Positions 13,791 through 26,567 of a DNA stretch of 64,000 bases are shown here, piece after piece. How positions within the stretch are numbered: position 1 is the stretch's first letter; each line of letters opens with the position of its first letter. Source of the DNA: the human T2T-CHM13v2.0 reference genome, Homo sapiens. The translations under genes were made by a program, and so were the position numbers. Location of the stretch: the NCBI RefSeq assembly GCF_009914755.1, contig NC_060936.1; one strand, written 5' to 3'. The notes under the pieces were generated by a model that saw only the letters and a program-made list of their open reading frames with translations, searched no databases and had not been told where the DNA came from.

Positions 13791-14879
13791 GCAAATTCAA
13801 TTTGAGCCAGCCACTTGACGGGGAAGCCGAATTCTACCAGGTCTCACTGTCCCTTCCCTCCCAGCTTCAGGGGCCTTGCTGACCTCCTTCCTCTCCATTT
13901 TGCTGTGCCCTCTCACTGTCCCTGAACTTGAGATCCTGGAGGTTTAGCTGTGCTCTGGGTCCCTTGAAGACTTCGGAGGCAATCCACTAAGAAATGGGGA
14001 TTTAAGTGAGACATGAAGAAGAACTTCCTTATGGCAAGAACTATAAGATGTTGAAGACAAGACACAGTATTGGGAGTAAAGGCGGTGAGGCACGGAAATA
14101 TATTTACCAGTGAGTCAACGGTGTTCTGCCGTGCCCAACCGCTTGCATCCCCTGGCTTGCATCATATTGAATCCTTCTGTCAACTGCAGTCCCACAACCC
14201 AAGTTGTGCTTTTCCACTCCAGACACCCAGGGAACCGAGTCTTCTCCCCCAGGATCCCTGCTCTGCTCGTTCAGGTGAGTGGTTACTTGCGGGGAGGACT
14301 GCCCTTCCTCCCATCATCTCCTGCTAGCCAGCTGTGTGCAGGAGACAACACCTTATGATATTATGTTTGCAGACAAGCTCACACCTTTCGGTGAAGAGAA
14401 ATTCAGGCAAAGGGCCCGAGGGAATGCAAAGCACTCGGCTTTTCCTGTTGCTTTCCTGGGAGTTATCAGGAAAGCTTCCCTCATGCCTGTGCATGGTGGG
14501 CCCCTGTTTTAGACCCTGACCTTCGTCCCCAGGAGGGCCTGTCATGACCTGAAAGAGGAGGACAAATCTCAGACCCCTTCCTGCCCCAGCGGGCCTCCTG
14601 CCCCAGCTGACCTGGGTCCCTTCCCTCCCTCCTGTCCTCCCTCTCTGGGCTGTCCCTTGCCTTCCCTCTCTGCCCTGCCTCTCCACATTGATCTCGTGCC
14701 TTCCTCCCAAGCAGCTTTCCTGTAAGATCGCAGCTCAGCTCCGCTGGCAGACAACCTAACAAAGAGCCTCAATAAGGCCAGACCCGCAGGCGGCTTATCA
14801 AGATGTACGTCTTTGCTGTGCACACAGACTGTCACCTCGGTGCTGCTGTGTCATCACAGAAGGCAAAACCAAACAACTG

Positions 14880-15110
14880 TGCATGCACACACACATACAT
14901 GCACACACATGGACACACACATATATGCACACACGGACACACATGCATGCACACACACTTGCACACACATACCCATGCACGCACACATGGACACACAGGC
15001 ATACGCACACACTTGCACACACATGCATATACACGTGCACCATGCACATGCACACATACGTACACACACATGCACATACATAGCATGCACATGAACATAT
15101 GAGTTTGCAC
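14880..15110. repeat. Degenerate CA-rich alternating purine-pyrimidine tract
   Basis: Direct inspection. Confidence 0.92.
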
Positions 15111-15602
15111 ACTGTTGAGTGCTGTGGTCCCAGGAGTCAGAAGCTCCAGCTTTGCCCTCCTAGCCCTTTATCTGCTTCTCTTTCCTCCTCCTCTGTCTTG
15201 AGAACCTAACCAGGAGACTGCGTGTTGCACGGGATAGGGACTGTGGGGCATGAGAGGGATCATCTTTTGTAACACAAGCTGAGGACCCGACAGGTGCACA
15301 GCGAATACTTAGGTCACAGAAGGCCAGTGCCAGAAGGGAGACCAGAGATCTCAACCCATCTCCTCATTCTGCAGGGCAGGAATCCCAGCCAGCACAAGGC
15401 CCAGGGCTGCTGAGTGAACTCACTAGCTAGCTAGTCACTGAGCAACAGAGTCTGGAGTCTGGGTCCCCTGATGCCCAGTCTTGAGCTCTTTCATGTCCTC
15501 CATTCCTCACTCAGTTGACACGAAGGCACTGGGGCCTGAAGGACACGGAACAGGTGAGGCCAGTCCCCCTGCTTGAACAGCTCTGTGTAGGAAAGGAGAT
15601 GA

Positions 15603-17156
15603 CTCCCTCTCCCCTCTCCCCTCTCCCCACGGTCTCCCTCTCCCTCTCTTTCCCCGGTCTCCCTCTGATGCCGAGCCGAAGCTGGACTGTACTGCTGCCA
15701 TCTCGGCTCACTGCAACCTCCCTGCCTGATTCTCCTGCCTCAGCCTGCCAAGTGCCTGCGATTGCAGGCGTGCGCCGCCACGCCTGACTGGTTTTCATAT
15801 TTTTTTGGTGGAGACGGGGTTTCGCTGTGTTGGCCGGGCTGGTCTCCAGCTCCTAACCGCGAGTGATCCGCCAGCCTCGGCCTCCCGAGGTGCCGGGATT
15901 GCAGACGGAGTCTGGTTCACTCAGTGCTCAATGGTGCCCAGGCTGGAGTGCAGTGGCGTGATCTCGGCTCGCTACAACCTCCACCTCCCAGCCGCCTGCC
16001 TTGGCCTCCCAAAGTGCCGAGATTGCAGCCTCTGCCCGGCCACCACCCCGTCTGGGAAGTGAGGAGCGTCTCCGCCTGGCCGCCCATCGTCTGGGATGTG
16101 AGGAGCCTCTCTGTCTGGCTGCCCAGTCTGGGAAGTGAGGAGCGCCTCTGCCCGGCCGCCATCCCATCTAGGAAGTGAGGAGCGTCTCTGCCCGGCCGCC
16201 CATCGTCTGAGATGTGGGGAGCGCCTCTGCCCCACCGCCCCGTCTGGGATGTGAGGAGCGTCTCTTCCCGGCCGCCACCCCGTCTGGGAAGTGAGGAGCC
16301 CCTCCGCCCGGCAGCCGCCCCGTCTGAGAAGTGAGGAGCGTCTCCGCCCGGCCGCCCCTACTGGGAAGTGAGGAGCCCCTCTGCCCGGCCACCACCCAGT
16401 CTGGGAGGTGTGCCCAACAGCTCATTGAGAACGGGCCAGGATGACAATGGTGGCTTTGTGGAATAGAAAGGCGGGAAAGGTGGGGAAAAGATTGAGAAAT
16501 CGGATGGTTGCCGTGTCTGTGTAGAAAGAAGTAGACATGGGAGACTTTTCATTTTGTTCTGCACTAAGAAAAATTCCTCTGTCTTGGGATCCTGTTGATC
16601 TGTGACCTTACTCCCAACCCTGTGCTCACTGAAACATGTGCTGTGTCCACTCAGGGTTAAATGGATTAAGGGCGGTGCAAGATGTGCTTTGTTAAACAGA
16701 TGCTTGAAGGCAGCATGCTCGTTAAAAGTCATCACCACTCCCTAATCTCAAGTACCCAGGGACACAAACACTGCGGAAGGCCGCAGGGTCCTCTGCCTAG
16801 GAAAACCAGAGACCTTTGTTCACTTGTTTATCTGCTGACCTTCCCTCCACTATTGTCCTATGACCCTGCCAAATCCCCCTCTGCGAGAAACACCCAAGAA
16901 TGATCAATAAAAAATAAATAAATTAATTAAAAAAAAAAAAAAAGAGTCATCACCACTCCCTAATCTCAAGTACCCAGGGACACAAACACTGCGGAAGGCG
17001 GCAGGGCCCTCTGCCTAGGAAAACCAGAGACCTTTGTTCACATGTTTATCTGCTGACCTTCCCTCCACTATTGTCCTATGACCCTGCCAAATCCCCCTCT
17101 CCGAGAAACACCCAAGAATGATCAATAAATACTAAAAAAATTAAAAAAAAAAAAAA
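15603..17156 (+). mobile_element. SVA retrotransposon (short CCCTCT head, Alu-like part, short VNTR ~16030-16405, SINE-R, poly(A)) plus a second SINE-R 3' end and second poly(A)
   Basis: Canonical SVA modules; 14-bp TSD AGGAAAGGAGATGA at 15589-15602 and 17157-17170. Confidence 0.97.
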
Positions 17157-18449
17157 AGGAAAGGAGATGAAGCAGACCACAGAAAGCTCCTGCACAACAT
17201 GAGGGTGGCCCAAAGAGAATGCCAGAGATCGGAGGAGGAGCAGGGCCAGTCCTGTGGTGTTCTGGGGAAACGTCACCTTGCAGGGGGCGTTTAAGGAAGG
17301 GGGAAGCCACCCATGGGCAGGAGAGCATTTCAGGCCCAGGGAAGAACACGCTTTCATGGAGATGGAGAAGCAGGAAGTATGTTTATGGGGAGGTGGGAGC
17401 CTCTTTTGCTTGACAGTGGGATGTGTGGGAGGCACCAGCATGAGAGGTCAGAGGCGGGACTCCCCAGAGGTAAAAGACACTGCAGCTCAAGCCTTGTGCT
17501 GCCCGGGGACCCGGCAGAACGGACAGAAGGGAGTGAGCAGGAGCATCCTTCTAGGGGCATCCTGAGTCCAGGGGGTTCTTCTACACCCACCCCAGTCCTG
17601 GCTGTGAACCCCTCCAGCAAAGCAGGCAAAATGGAAGAGGGACATAGGACACGGTGATATATCGCTAGCACGGTGCTTCATCTGTCTACAGGCAGTGGAC
17701 GCAAAGGAAGGGGGATTTAGGGTTCGTGCTCCAGGCTGGTGGGGCCCTGGCTCCCCTCTAGCTTGGTCCCTGACTCACTTGGCCTTCAGATCAGCCACTT
17801 CCCATCTCTTAGGATATCAATTTTTCTGACTTGCTTTGTCCTGATTGGTTAAGAAAGAGGCCTCCAAGTTCTTGAATGACAGTCTCTTCCCTTCGCATGC
17901 CTGACCCATCACAGATAAGAGCAAGGAGCCCTGAGAAGCCAAGCTCGTCCCTGGCACTGAGAACGGTCTGCAGGCTGCTGCTGCAGGCTGCCCTGTGCCC
18001 AAACTCCCAGCCTGCCAACTCTGGCATTCTGCTTCCCTAAGTAGTCCTGGCGTCGGGTGGTCAGACCCTGAGGCTCAGTGACCTCTGCATGACCATGTGA
18101 TCCCTGGCTTTGTGGGGGCTCAGGGCCCTTTCCTGTAGGGTCATCTGGCACATGGACATGCCTGTGTACCCTTCTTTCGTATGACCGAGAGAAGGGTTCG
18201 GTTTTTCCTTCTCTCAGGCAGGATGGGAGACTCTGCCTCGCATGTCTCTAAAACAGGAGAAAGACCAGCTTCCCAGGGGGGCCTCCATCGGAACAGAAGT
18301 CAGCCGCTTGCTCTGTGTCTGCGCCTGTCCCTCTTTCCCCAGATGGAGGGGAAGAGAGGAGAGAGGCACAGAAGACAGGTGCAGCCGGGGGGGTGAGGGA
18401 GAGCCTGGAGGCGCAGGATGGAAGATGGAGGTGGTGGTGAAACCGCTTT

Positions 18450-18730
18450 CCTCCTCCCTGTGGTCGGCAGCGATTCATCCACAGGCGCCTTTTTCCACTG
18501 AAATGTGAGCGTGGCCAGGGTGAGCGCTGCCCTCGCGGCCGGCCGTGGTGCCTCTGGTGTGCGCCTGTGTGTGCTGCTGCCGCTGTCATCACAGATGCAC
18601 CCCAGCTGTCACTCCCCGCTCCACTCTGGCTCGCTGCTCGCGCACACGCGTGCGCTCTCCTCCCTCGCCCCTTTCTTCCCTCTCTCCTCTCTCTCTCTCC
18701 CTCCATCCCTCTCTTTCCTTCTCAGTTTGT
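18450..18730 (+). promoter_or_regulatory. LRTM2: Probable LRTM2 promoter/TSS region
   Basis: Local CpG enrichment, GCGCACACGCGTGCGC element and CT-rich tract just upstream of a strong donor at 18954/18955; TSS not resolvable from sequence. Confidence 0.55.
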
Positions 18731-18954
18731 GACTGACCCAGCAGCCCCGTCCCCCGTCTGCCACAAGCAGTCCACCTCCTGGTGCTGTGTGCTGCGTGCC
18801 AGCCGCTGCTCCCGCTGAGTGGAGACTCTGGCACCAGTGCCCACTGCGCTCTGCCTGCCGGTGGTGTCTGGATTTCTATAGGAATCCCAGGAGGGTCTTA
18901 CTGGAGGGTTGAGAGCCACCTGATTGAAGGCATTTGCAGTCAGAGTAAAGACGG
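18600..18954 (+). other. LRTM2: LRTM2 non-coding exon 1 (5' boundary approximate)
   Basis: Strong donor ACGG|gtgagt; position consistent with recalled LRTM2 structure. Confidence 0.7.
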
Positions 18955-21900
18955 GTGAGTACCGAGTGGCTGGTAGGAAGGAATGGAGGGTTGGTGGGGA
19001 CAGGGGGTGGTCGGGGCATGGGAAGTGGGCACCGGCCATCTCTGCCCTGCAGGAATAGCTGCAGTTGCTTCCTACCTGCAGGCAATTGCTGGGGCCGAAG
19101 AAGCTGCTCGGGCTCAGGCACCTGAGCATCCCAAAGGTGCACGACACTGGGAACTCTGAGCCCACAGTGCTGGGGACAAGAGCTGTGGATTCTGCTGGGA
19201 AGTGGGGAGGAGGGCAGCGCTGGCGCCAGATGACAGTCCCGGGTGGCATAGAAACCGGTCCCTGCAGCATGGGAGAAGCAGCCAAGAGCCTTGTGCTGTC
19301 GTTGTGCCCGGCTCTGCACAGACAGCCCCAAGAAACTCGGGGGTCATGGGAAGCGGTTGGGATGGCAGTCAGGTGCTGGGGACAGGGCCAGGTCAGAGGA
19401 AGGCTTGGGGTGGAGGGTGGCAGGGAGGAGGTCCTGGATGTCAGAGGCATGGGCACAGACCCAGGTCCTGGGCCTCCCTATAGCTTGCCTGCAGGTGGCT
19501 GTCCTTGGACAAGGGTGTGGAGGAACCCTCCCCCAGATGAGCATGGGCCCACTCAGCTGTGCATGAAGCCTCCCTGGTGAGGGTGAGGCTGGGAGTGGGC
19601 AGGAGAGAGAAGTATCGCAGCCCTTCCCTGCTAGCCCAAGGGCAAGACAGGAGAACCAGGCCCGCGAGAACCTGCTGGGGTGTCCCGCAGCTGTGCACCC
19701 AGCCGTCCATCTGCAAATGGGTCAGGGAGCCTTAGTGGGGGCTGGACACTGAGCTTGGGTGGGGGGTACACAGCGGGGCCAGGCCTGCCTGGCTTCTTGA
19801 CCCACACAGGGGGCATGGACACCCTGAGTAGAGCGGGACAGTTGCTCTCAATCCCCCAGACCCATTTGGACAGTGCTGGAGAGAGAAGCAGCCTGACCAG
19901 GAGTCGGAAGTTCACATTCCTGCACCTCCCTGCAGGTCTGGGGCTGGGTTCCAGTTGGCGGCCCTGTCTCTCCCCCACCCCCAAGCTGTCCACATTTCTG
20001 GGGGGTGTTGGCACCCGGCTGTCAGGGCTACTTGGGCAGTGTCTCTTTGTGACTCAGATGACACCCCTGCAGCTTAGATAACTGCCTCAGGTGGGGGCGG
20101 GGAGGGAGCCGAGCACGTGGAGCTGAGGCGGGGGAAGTCCAGCTGGTAGGGAAACCCGACAGCAGCTTCCGAGCTGCCAAGAAGAGCCCAGCTTTTCCCA
20201 CCCCCACCTCCCCACCGGCAGAAAGAAAGTCTCAGCACTGCCAAAAGAGGGAGACCAGGAAAGCCAGGCCCGCGGGGAGGGGTAAGGAGAGAGGCTGCTT
20301 AAGCAGCCGATCTGGTGTCTTTGGGGTTTGACAGAAGCTTGTCTGGGCCCACGAGGAGCAAACTCTGCTCCCGTTTCCCAGGCACCAGAGCCCAGGGGCC
20401 GCCTCTGGGCTGCTATGGCCTCAGTGGGCAGTGTAGGAAGGAGGAGGGGATGGCATGTATGTGATGGTTGGGGGTGTCTGGGAGTTCTGGGGGTGGGCAG
20501 AGGAGAAAGGAGCCAGCATAGAGGCTGTCTGCCCCTCTGGTCTTCCTCCTTTTTCCCCCAGCCAAGCCTCCTGTGCCCTGCCTGGGAATACCACCCTGAG
20601 CCCAGCCCCAGGGACACCACCCTGAGCCCGGCCCCAGGGCCCAGTGGACACCTTAGCCTCCTTCATGTCAGGGACCAGCTCCCATGAGGGGCCACTCAGG
20701 AGGCTTCTCTGTTCTGCTTCCCAGAGGGTCTGTTTGAGATTGAGAATATTTGACAAGGAAACGGGGGTGCAGGAGGCTGGGGGTGAGGATGGGGCATGTG
20801 TTTTAAAATGAACCAGGAGGGTATATGGCTGTTCCAAGTACAAATATAGAGATTTTTAAAACCTGGTTCCTTGCTGCCTGGGCAGTGTGTGTGATGGGGG
20901 TGATGGGCAGGTGTCCTAGAGGGCCTGGGTGCCCAGACAGGCAGCGGTAGGCGGAGCCCAGCCTAGACGGCTGTGGCAGCCTCCCCTGCGTCCTGGCCAC
21001 ATGGAATCTCGGGCCGTCTTTGGCCCGGGGCTCTGGCTGGCCACTCTCCGGGCTCCCTCTCAGCCTTCCTGGGGTTGGTGGAAGGGCACGGCCCCTGCAG
21101 GCCCAGGGTGTGGGCCCAGTCGTGGCTCTGCCTCTCTCTGGCCTTCTGCAGAGTGAAGGGGGCGGCAGAGTAGGCTGCAAATGCCCCCTTTACCCCTGAG
21201 TTCTGTGACTCTTCCATGCTGAGGGGTATGGACTCTTGACCAAGGGGAGATGCCAGGGGAGTGGGCACACCCTAGGGCTAGTGTGATGGCCCAGGAGTCA
21301 GGAATTCAGAGGTGGAGGCCCGATGGGCATTATCTGGCTGTGTGTCTTGGATGCTTGATGTGGAGGGATAGACATGCGCAGAAGCCTGAGAGGAAGGGTG
21401 CGGACACCAGGTCTGTGGTGAGTGTGCTGGAGGTTTCTAGCTAGAGTCTGAGACTGATTAATTAACCTCCATCTGAGGAGAAATGGAAGGGGCAGGTGCA
21501 TGGAGCGGTCCAGGCTCCTGCCGTCCCAACCTAGCTCTCTGCAGTGAGTGAGTGCGTGCGGCTGTTCCGTGCTCTGAGGGGGCCGAGTGGGGTGCTAGCA
21601 GGGAGGCAGCTCCCACTCCCAGTCTCCTGGGGTGGCTACAGCCCACTCAGCTCCGCATGTGGAACCCCCTGCTCCTACTGGGGCCTCCTGCTCCCCCATG
21701 GCCTCCCCAGCCTTGGCTCCCCCAGAACAGAGCTCCGGCCTACTCCCCTCACCTCAGCACACAACCCCCAGCCAGAAAGGTTTCTAGAAAGCCCCCCACC
21801 TTCCGTAAGATCTTGGCCTCCCAGGACTTCAAGAAGAGAGGCTGGGAAGAGGAGAACCTGTCTTGCTTGCATCTCAGTCCAGCAAGTCACAAAGCCTGTT

Positions 21901-22364
21901 CCTTCATCAGGGCAATGGGGACAAAAACAGCTGCCTTCTCAGCTCCAGCGGGAGTGGATCAGGCAATGCCGTGGACACTGCAGAGGACCATTCAGAGGAA
22001 AGGCGGCATCTTCCTTTCCTACCTCTGCCTTTCCTGTACAAGTAACCCCCACGTGTAAGCAGACAGACAACTGAGTTAGGAGCCAGAGAGCTCGGGCTCA
22101 GAGCCATATGATTCCATTTGCCTAACTTTAGGTGAGTTATTTCATTTCTGGTGCCTCAGTTTCCCCCATCTGCAAAATGATAGTAACAAGAACACTAACC
22201 TCAGAGAGTTGTTACAAGGATTCAGAAAACTACACAGGTTTGTGACTGTGGTAATTTTTTTCTCCCCAGGTCCCAGTTAGCTTCTCAGTGGGTCCTGGAG
22301 GCTCAGGGACAGGCCAGCATGGTCTCCTCGGTGGCCGTTTGCCCTGCTGAGAGGTGCCCGGCCT

Positions 22365-22525
22365 AGTCGTATCAAACTCAAATATGCATGAAAATCCCCT
22401 GGGGATCTTGTTAAAATGCGGATTCTGACTCAGTCATTCTGGATGGGCCCTGAGACTACCTTCCTACAAGGCTCCCAAGCTAGACCAATGCCGCTGGTCC
22501 ATGGACCACACTTTGAGTTGCAATG
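22365..22525. mobile_element. MER5-like MITE (similar pieces at ~4860-4980, ~38215-38330; MER3-like at ~58610-58750)
   Basis: cctggggatcttgttaaaatgcggattctga...ggaccacactttgag. Confidence 0.75.
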
Positions 22526-25500
22526 GTCTACACTCAAAGCCCCATGTTTCTGGCCCTCCAGAGTTCCTCATTTGACTGCTTTGAGCTCTTCAGCCCCATT
22601 CTCCAATCCTGGCTCTCTCTGGAAGGGAGGCCAGGGACTCCGTGGAGGCCTGGCCCCTTATCTTTGGCCTCCCTGTCTCTAGGACTGGGTTAGGAGCAGG
22701 CCCAGCATCCAGAGTGGATGAGGCCATGGGACTTGCAGACAGGAGATCTCGCTGTCCCCCATGCTGCACCCTGGGTAGGGACTTCCCTCCCAGACTGTGA
22801 ATTCATTTCAGCAGCTGTCAGTGCCTGCTGCGGCAGCTGCTCTCCAAGCTTCCCAATGTAGGTCACCCCCTTTCCTTAAGGAGGCTCCACTCTTCTGGGG
22901 GTGGGAAGGGTCCTTTGGATGGAGGCGTGTTGGTAGGCAGAGGCTAAGGAACTAGGGAGTGCTGGCTGCAGCCCCACCTCTCTCTAGGAGTCCCTCTGTG
23001 GTGCCACACACATATGACTGGTGTTCCCTGCAAGCTGCGCTATTTTTCCTGCTCTTGGGAAGGCCCTGGTGTCCAGGAGGAAGCCCAAGGGACCCAGGGA
23101 GGCAGGATTAGCTGCTAAGAGAGCACAGGGCATATCCGCATGAACCTGGGGGCCTTGTTTTCATCACATTTCTCTAAACAATACCAGGATCAACAGTGTC
23201 CTGCCACCTTGCAAGACAACACCTGTGGGTCTGCATTGTGGGGACTTGCCGGACTTGTGCAGGTGACATCCCATTCGAGGCTGAAGATGGGACCTCCAGA
23301 CCTGCACAAGAGGCCGCCTTCACCAGCCTGTTTGCTGGTTAACTCCTGGGCTCACAGTGTGGGAGACACTGAGGGATGGGAAAGGGTGAGCTGGGATGCA
23401 AAAGAGGAGCCTATCCAGGGGAGGCAGAAGCCTTAGGTGGAAACTGGCCTGAGCTTGGGTGGGAGGGCTTCTCCACTACCTATCTGCCTGCGGCAAGCCA
23501 GAAGGAGTGGGAGCAGACACCTGGATGGGGAATCCGGCCTCAACATGGGCCCTGAGCAGAGGAGGTGTCTTATGGGTTAGGGAATGCTCTGCAGGGGTTC
23601 TCTCTAGACCTTAGTTCCAGGCTGGAGGCGGCTTACACATCTGTCTGTTGGGGGCATTTGGGAACTTAGAGGCATCTCACTCAGCTGCCTGAGTGTTGGC
23701 ATTTGAGAAGTGCTGGAGTGCTGCCAGCCAGGTGCGTGTGTGCATGTGTGCAAGCATGTGGGCACATGTATGTTAGCACATACCTAGCTGCACAGCTCTC
23801 TGTGGGTGTGTGTTTGCATCACGTGCTGTGTACAGAGCTCCAAGCACAGGTCTGGGAGGCCTGTGTGTGTGCCCTGCTCTGTGCACACGTAAGGATCTCC
23901 CTGAAAGGGCCACTGCTGGGTGACAGTCGCCAGGGAGTGATGAGCAGCCTGCAGCCTGGCTCTGAAACCTGCAATCCAGTCCCCGGACTTACCATGTGAC
24001 CTTGGACAAGTGATCAACATCTCTGCCTTGGGTGGCCGTGGACTGTGGGCTCTTGATATGGACATTCTTGACTGAGTAAGAGAGATTGTGCTGAAGGTCA
24101 GGGCTCGAGGGACAGAGAGCGTGCACGCTGCTGTTTGAAGGCAGGCCTGCGAGGGCCGTAGGTGTGGGGCAGAAATACATAGACTCCACAGGCCCGGGGT
24201 GCTCAGGAATGAGAAACAACCTCACAGGGGAGGTTGGTGGGATCGGGAAAGAAAGCCGTCACAATAGACCTGCTGCTGACACCCCTCTCCTCTGGAGGGA
24301 GGAACTGCTGCTCCCTCACGCCTGTACTGGGCTCAAGTCCGAGCTAGGAGCAGGAGCCTCTGCCTGAATTTCCATGGTGATGGGCACTGGGTGTGTCAAC
24401 TCTCTTCCCTTCACTAGATTGATCCTCATAGAAACTCCACCAAGCAGGTATTGCGGTCACCATTTCTAGACAGAAAGAAGCTGAGGCCCAGAGGCTTTAA
24501 GCAGTTTGTTTAAAGAACGGACCAGAGATTTGAACCCAGAGCCCCCCCCCCCTCCCCCGCCAACTGGCACCAGGAGCCCACTGGAGCCTGGCCTTGAGAC
24601 AGTGGTTAGAGAACCATGACAGCACCACGCTCAGGGGCTCCTCCACCCCTCATGCCAGGGACGTGGGTCCTCCTGAAGGCTGCATGGGCACCTGGGCTGC
24701 CTGCAATCCCACATCTGTGCCCAGTCTTGTGACCCCTCTGCCAACGCCTGCGGGGCCTTCGGCAGACTGGCACCCTCGCTGCGTGGGGGAAGGGGAGGAA
24801 AGACAGCCGAGAGGGCAGCACTCCGCTCCTCAGCAGGCTGCCCTTGCCGGGGGGCAGAGCCGACTGTCCTGTTCTAACTGAGCACTGCTGTGGCCGCCTG
24901 AGGAGCACCCAAGGAGGGAGGGGCCGAGGGGACCAGAGGGGAGAAGATGGGGGCAACAGGGTTTGCAGCAGGACCCTAATGCCCGAGGGGAAACCTGCAC
25001 AGACAGGCCAAGATTCTGGGCTCAGCACTGAAGCTTCTCGGCAGCTCCATCCACCTCTGGGCCTGTCTTTTTCACTCTGATATTGTCTCCTGGGCTCCCA
25101 GAATTCCATAGGCCCATGGGGGCAGGGAGAGGGAGGCTGCAACCAGGAATTACCCAGGGACAAATCTGGCAACCAAGGAAGGTCAGAGGCTGGGAGCCGC
25201 CTGGAGCAGTGGGCTGACGCAGGGAGCCCGTGGAGGGCGAAGGAGAGGGGTGCGGGCATCCTCCCTCCCTCCCTGCCCATCCCCGCCCTTGCCAGCTGCA
25301 GCAGGTAAACACATGCCAGTCCCCTGTCCCCCTCTCTGATGGGCTGGCAGCCTGGGCCTCCCATCTGGAAGGAAGTGGAGACCCCAGCACACAGCCTGTG
25401 TCCCAGTTGGGAGACACTGGGGGGGGCAGACCCTAGAAAGGGTAAGTGCCCCCTTGTCCCCCGCGAAGGAAGCCTGCTCCTGCGCCCTGGCTGCCTCAGC

Positions 25501-25552
25501 GCCCCTACTCTGCGTTCTCACCTCTCCTTGTGTCCCTGTCTCTTCCTAGCAG

Positions 25553-25737
25553 CTGCCGCAGCATGAACCCCTGAGCTGATGAGTCTTATTATAGCCCGGC
25601 TGGCGGAAGACAGAGTGCTGCTATTCACCTCTGCGTGGGCGTCGGTGGTGCAGGGGGAAGCAGCAGGCCATCCAGCGGCTCACACCCTACGCGGCTGCAG
25701 CTGCCAAGGGCCTGGCCCCTGCCTCCCTCGGGCCATG
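25553..25737 (+). other. LRTM2: LRTM2 non-coding exon 2 (185 nt; tandem TAGCAG acceptor, alternative start 25550)
   Basis: Polypyrimidine tract + tagcag acceptor; ATG|gtgagc donor (second possible donor at 25773). Confidence 0.7.
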
Positions 25738-26099
25738 GTGAGCTGTGGCGGGGCTAGAGGAACCGGGACCCAGGTGAGGGGAGCCTCCAGGGACAGGTGA
25801 CAGTTGTGGCCTGTGACCTCACTCTGCTCACCTCGGAGAGATGACCTCAGTTTCTCCACCCATAACTCAAGGAATGCCCAGATGGGAGACCAGGTTGCCA
25901 TGAAAACATCTGAGTGATCAACATACTCGGGAGGCAACAAGAAGGCAGATGAGGCTGGGTAGGCACATGGGTGCACCCCCAGCTTTGCGGCACTGTGCCC
26001 GACCCTCGGGCTCCTGGAAAGCCGAAGCCTGCCCCGCCCCCATCCCAGGGGCTTGAAGGCTTCCTGGCTCCTCTTCTTCCCCCACCCAGGGAATCATAA

Positions 26100-26567
<468 letters not shown>

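Noticed and set aside
16030-16405. Repeat array superficially like a CRISPR array
   Set aside because: It is the SVA VNTR: no unique spacers, no cas genes, human DNA.
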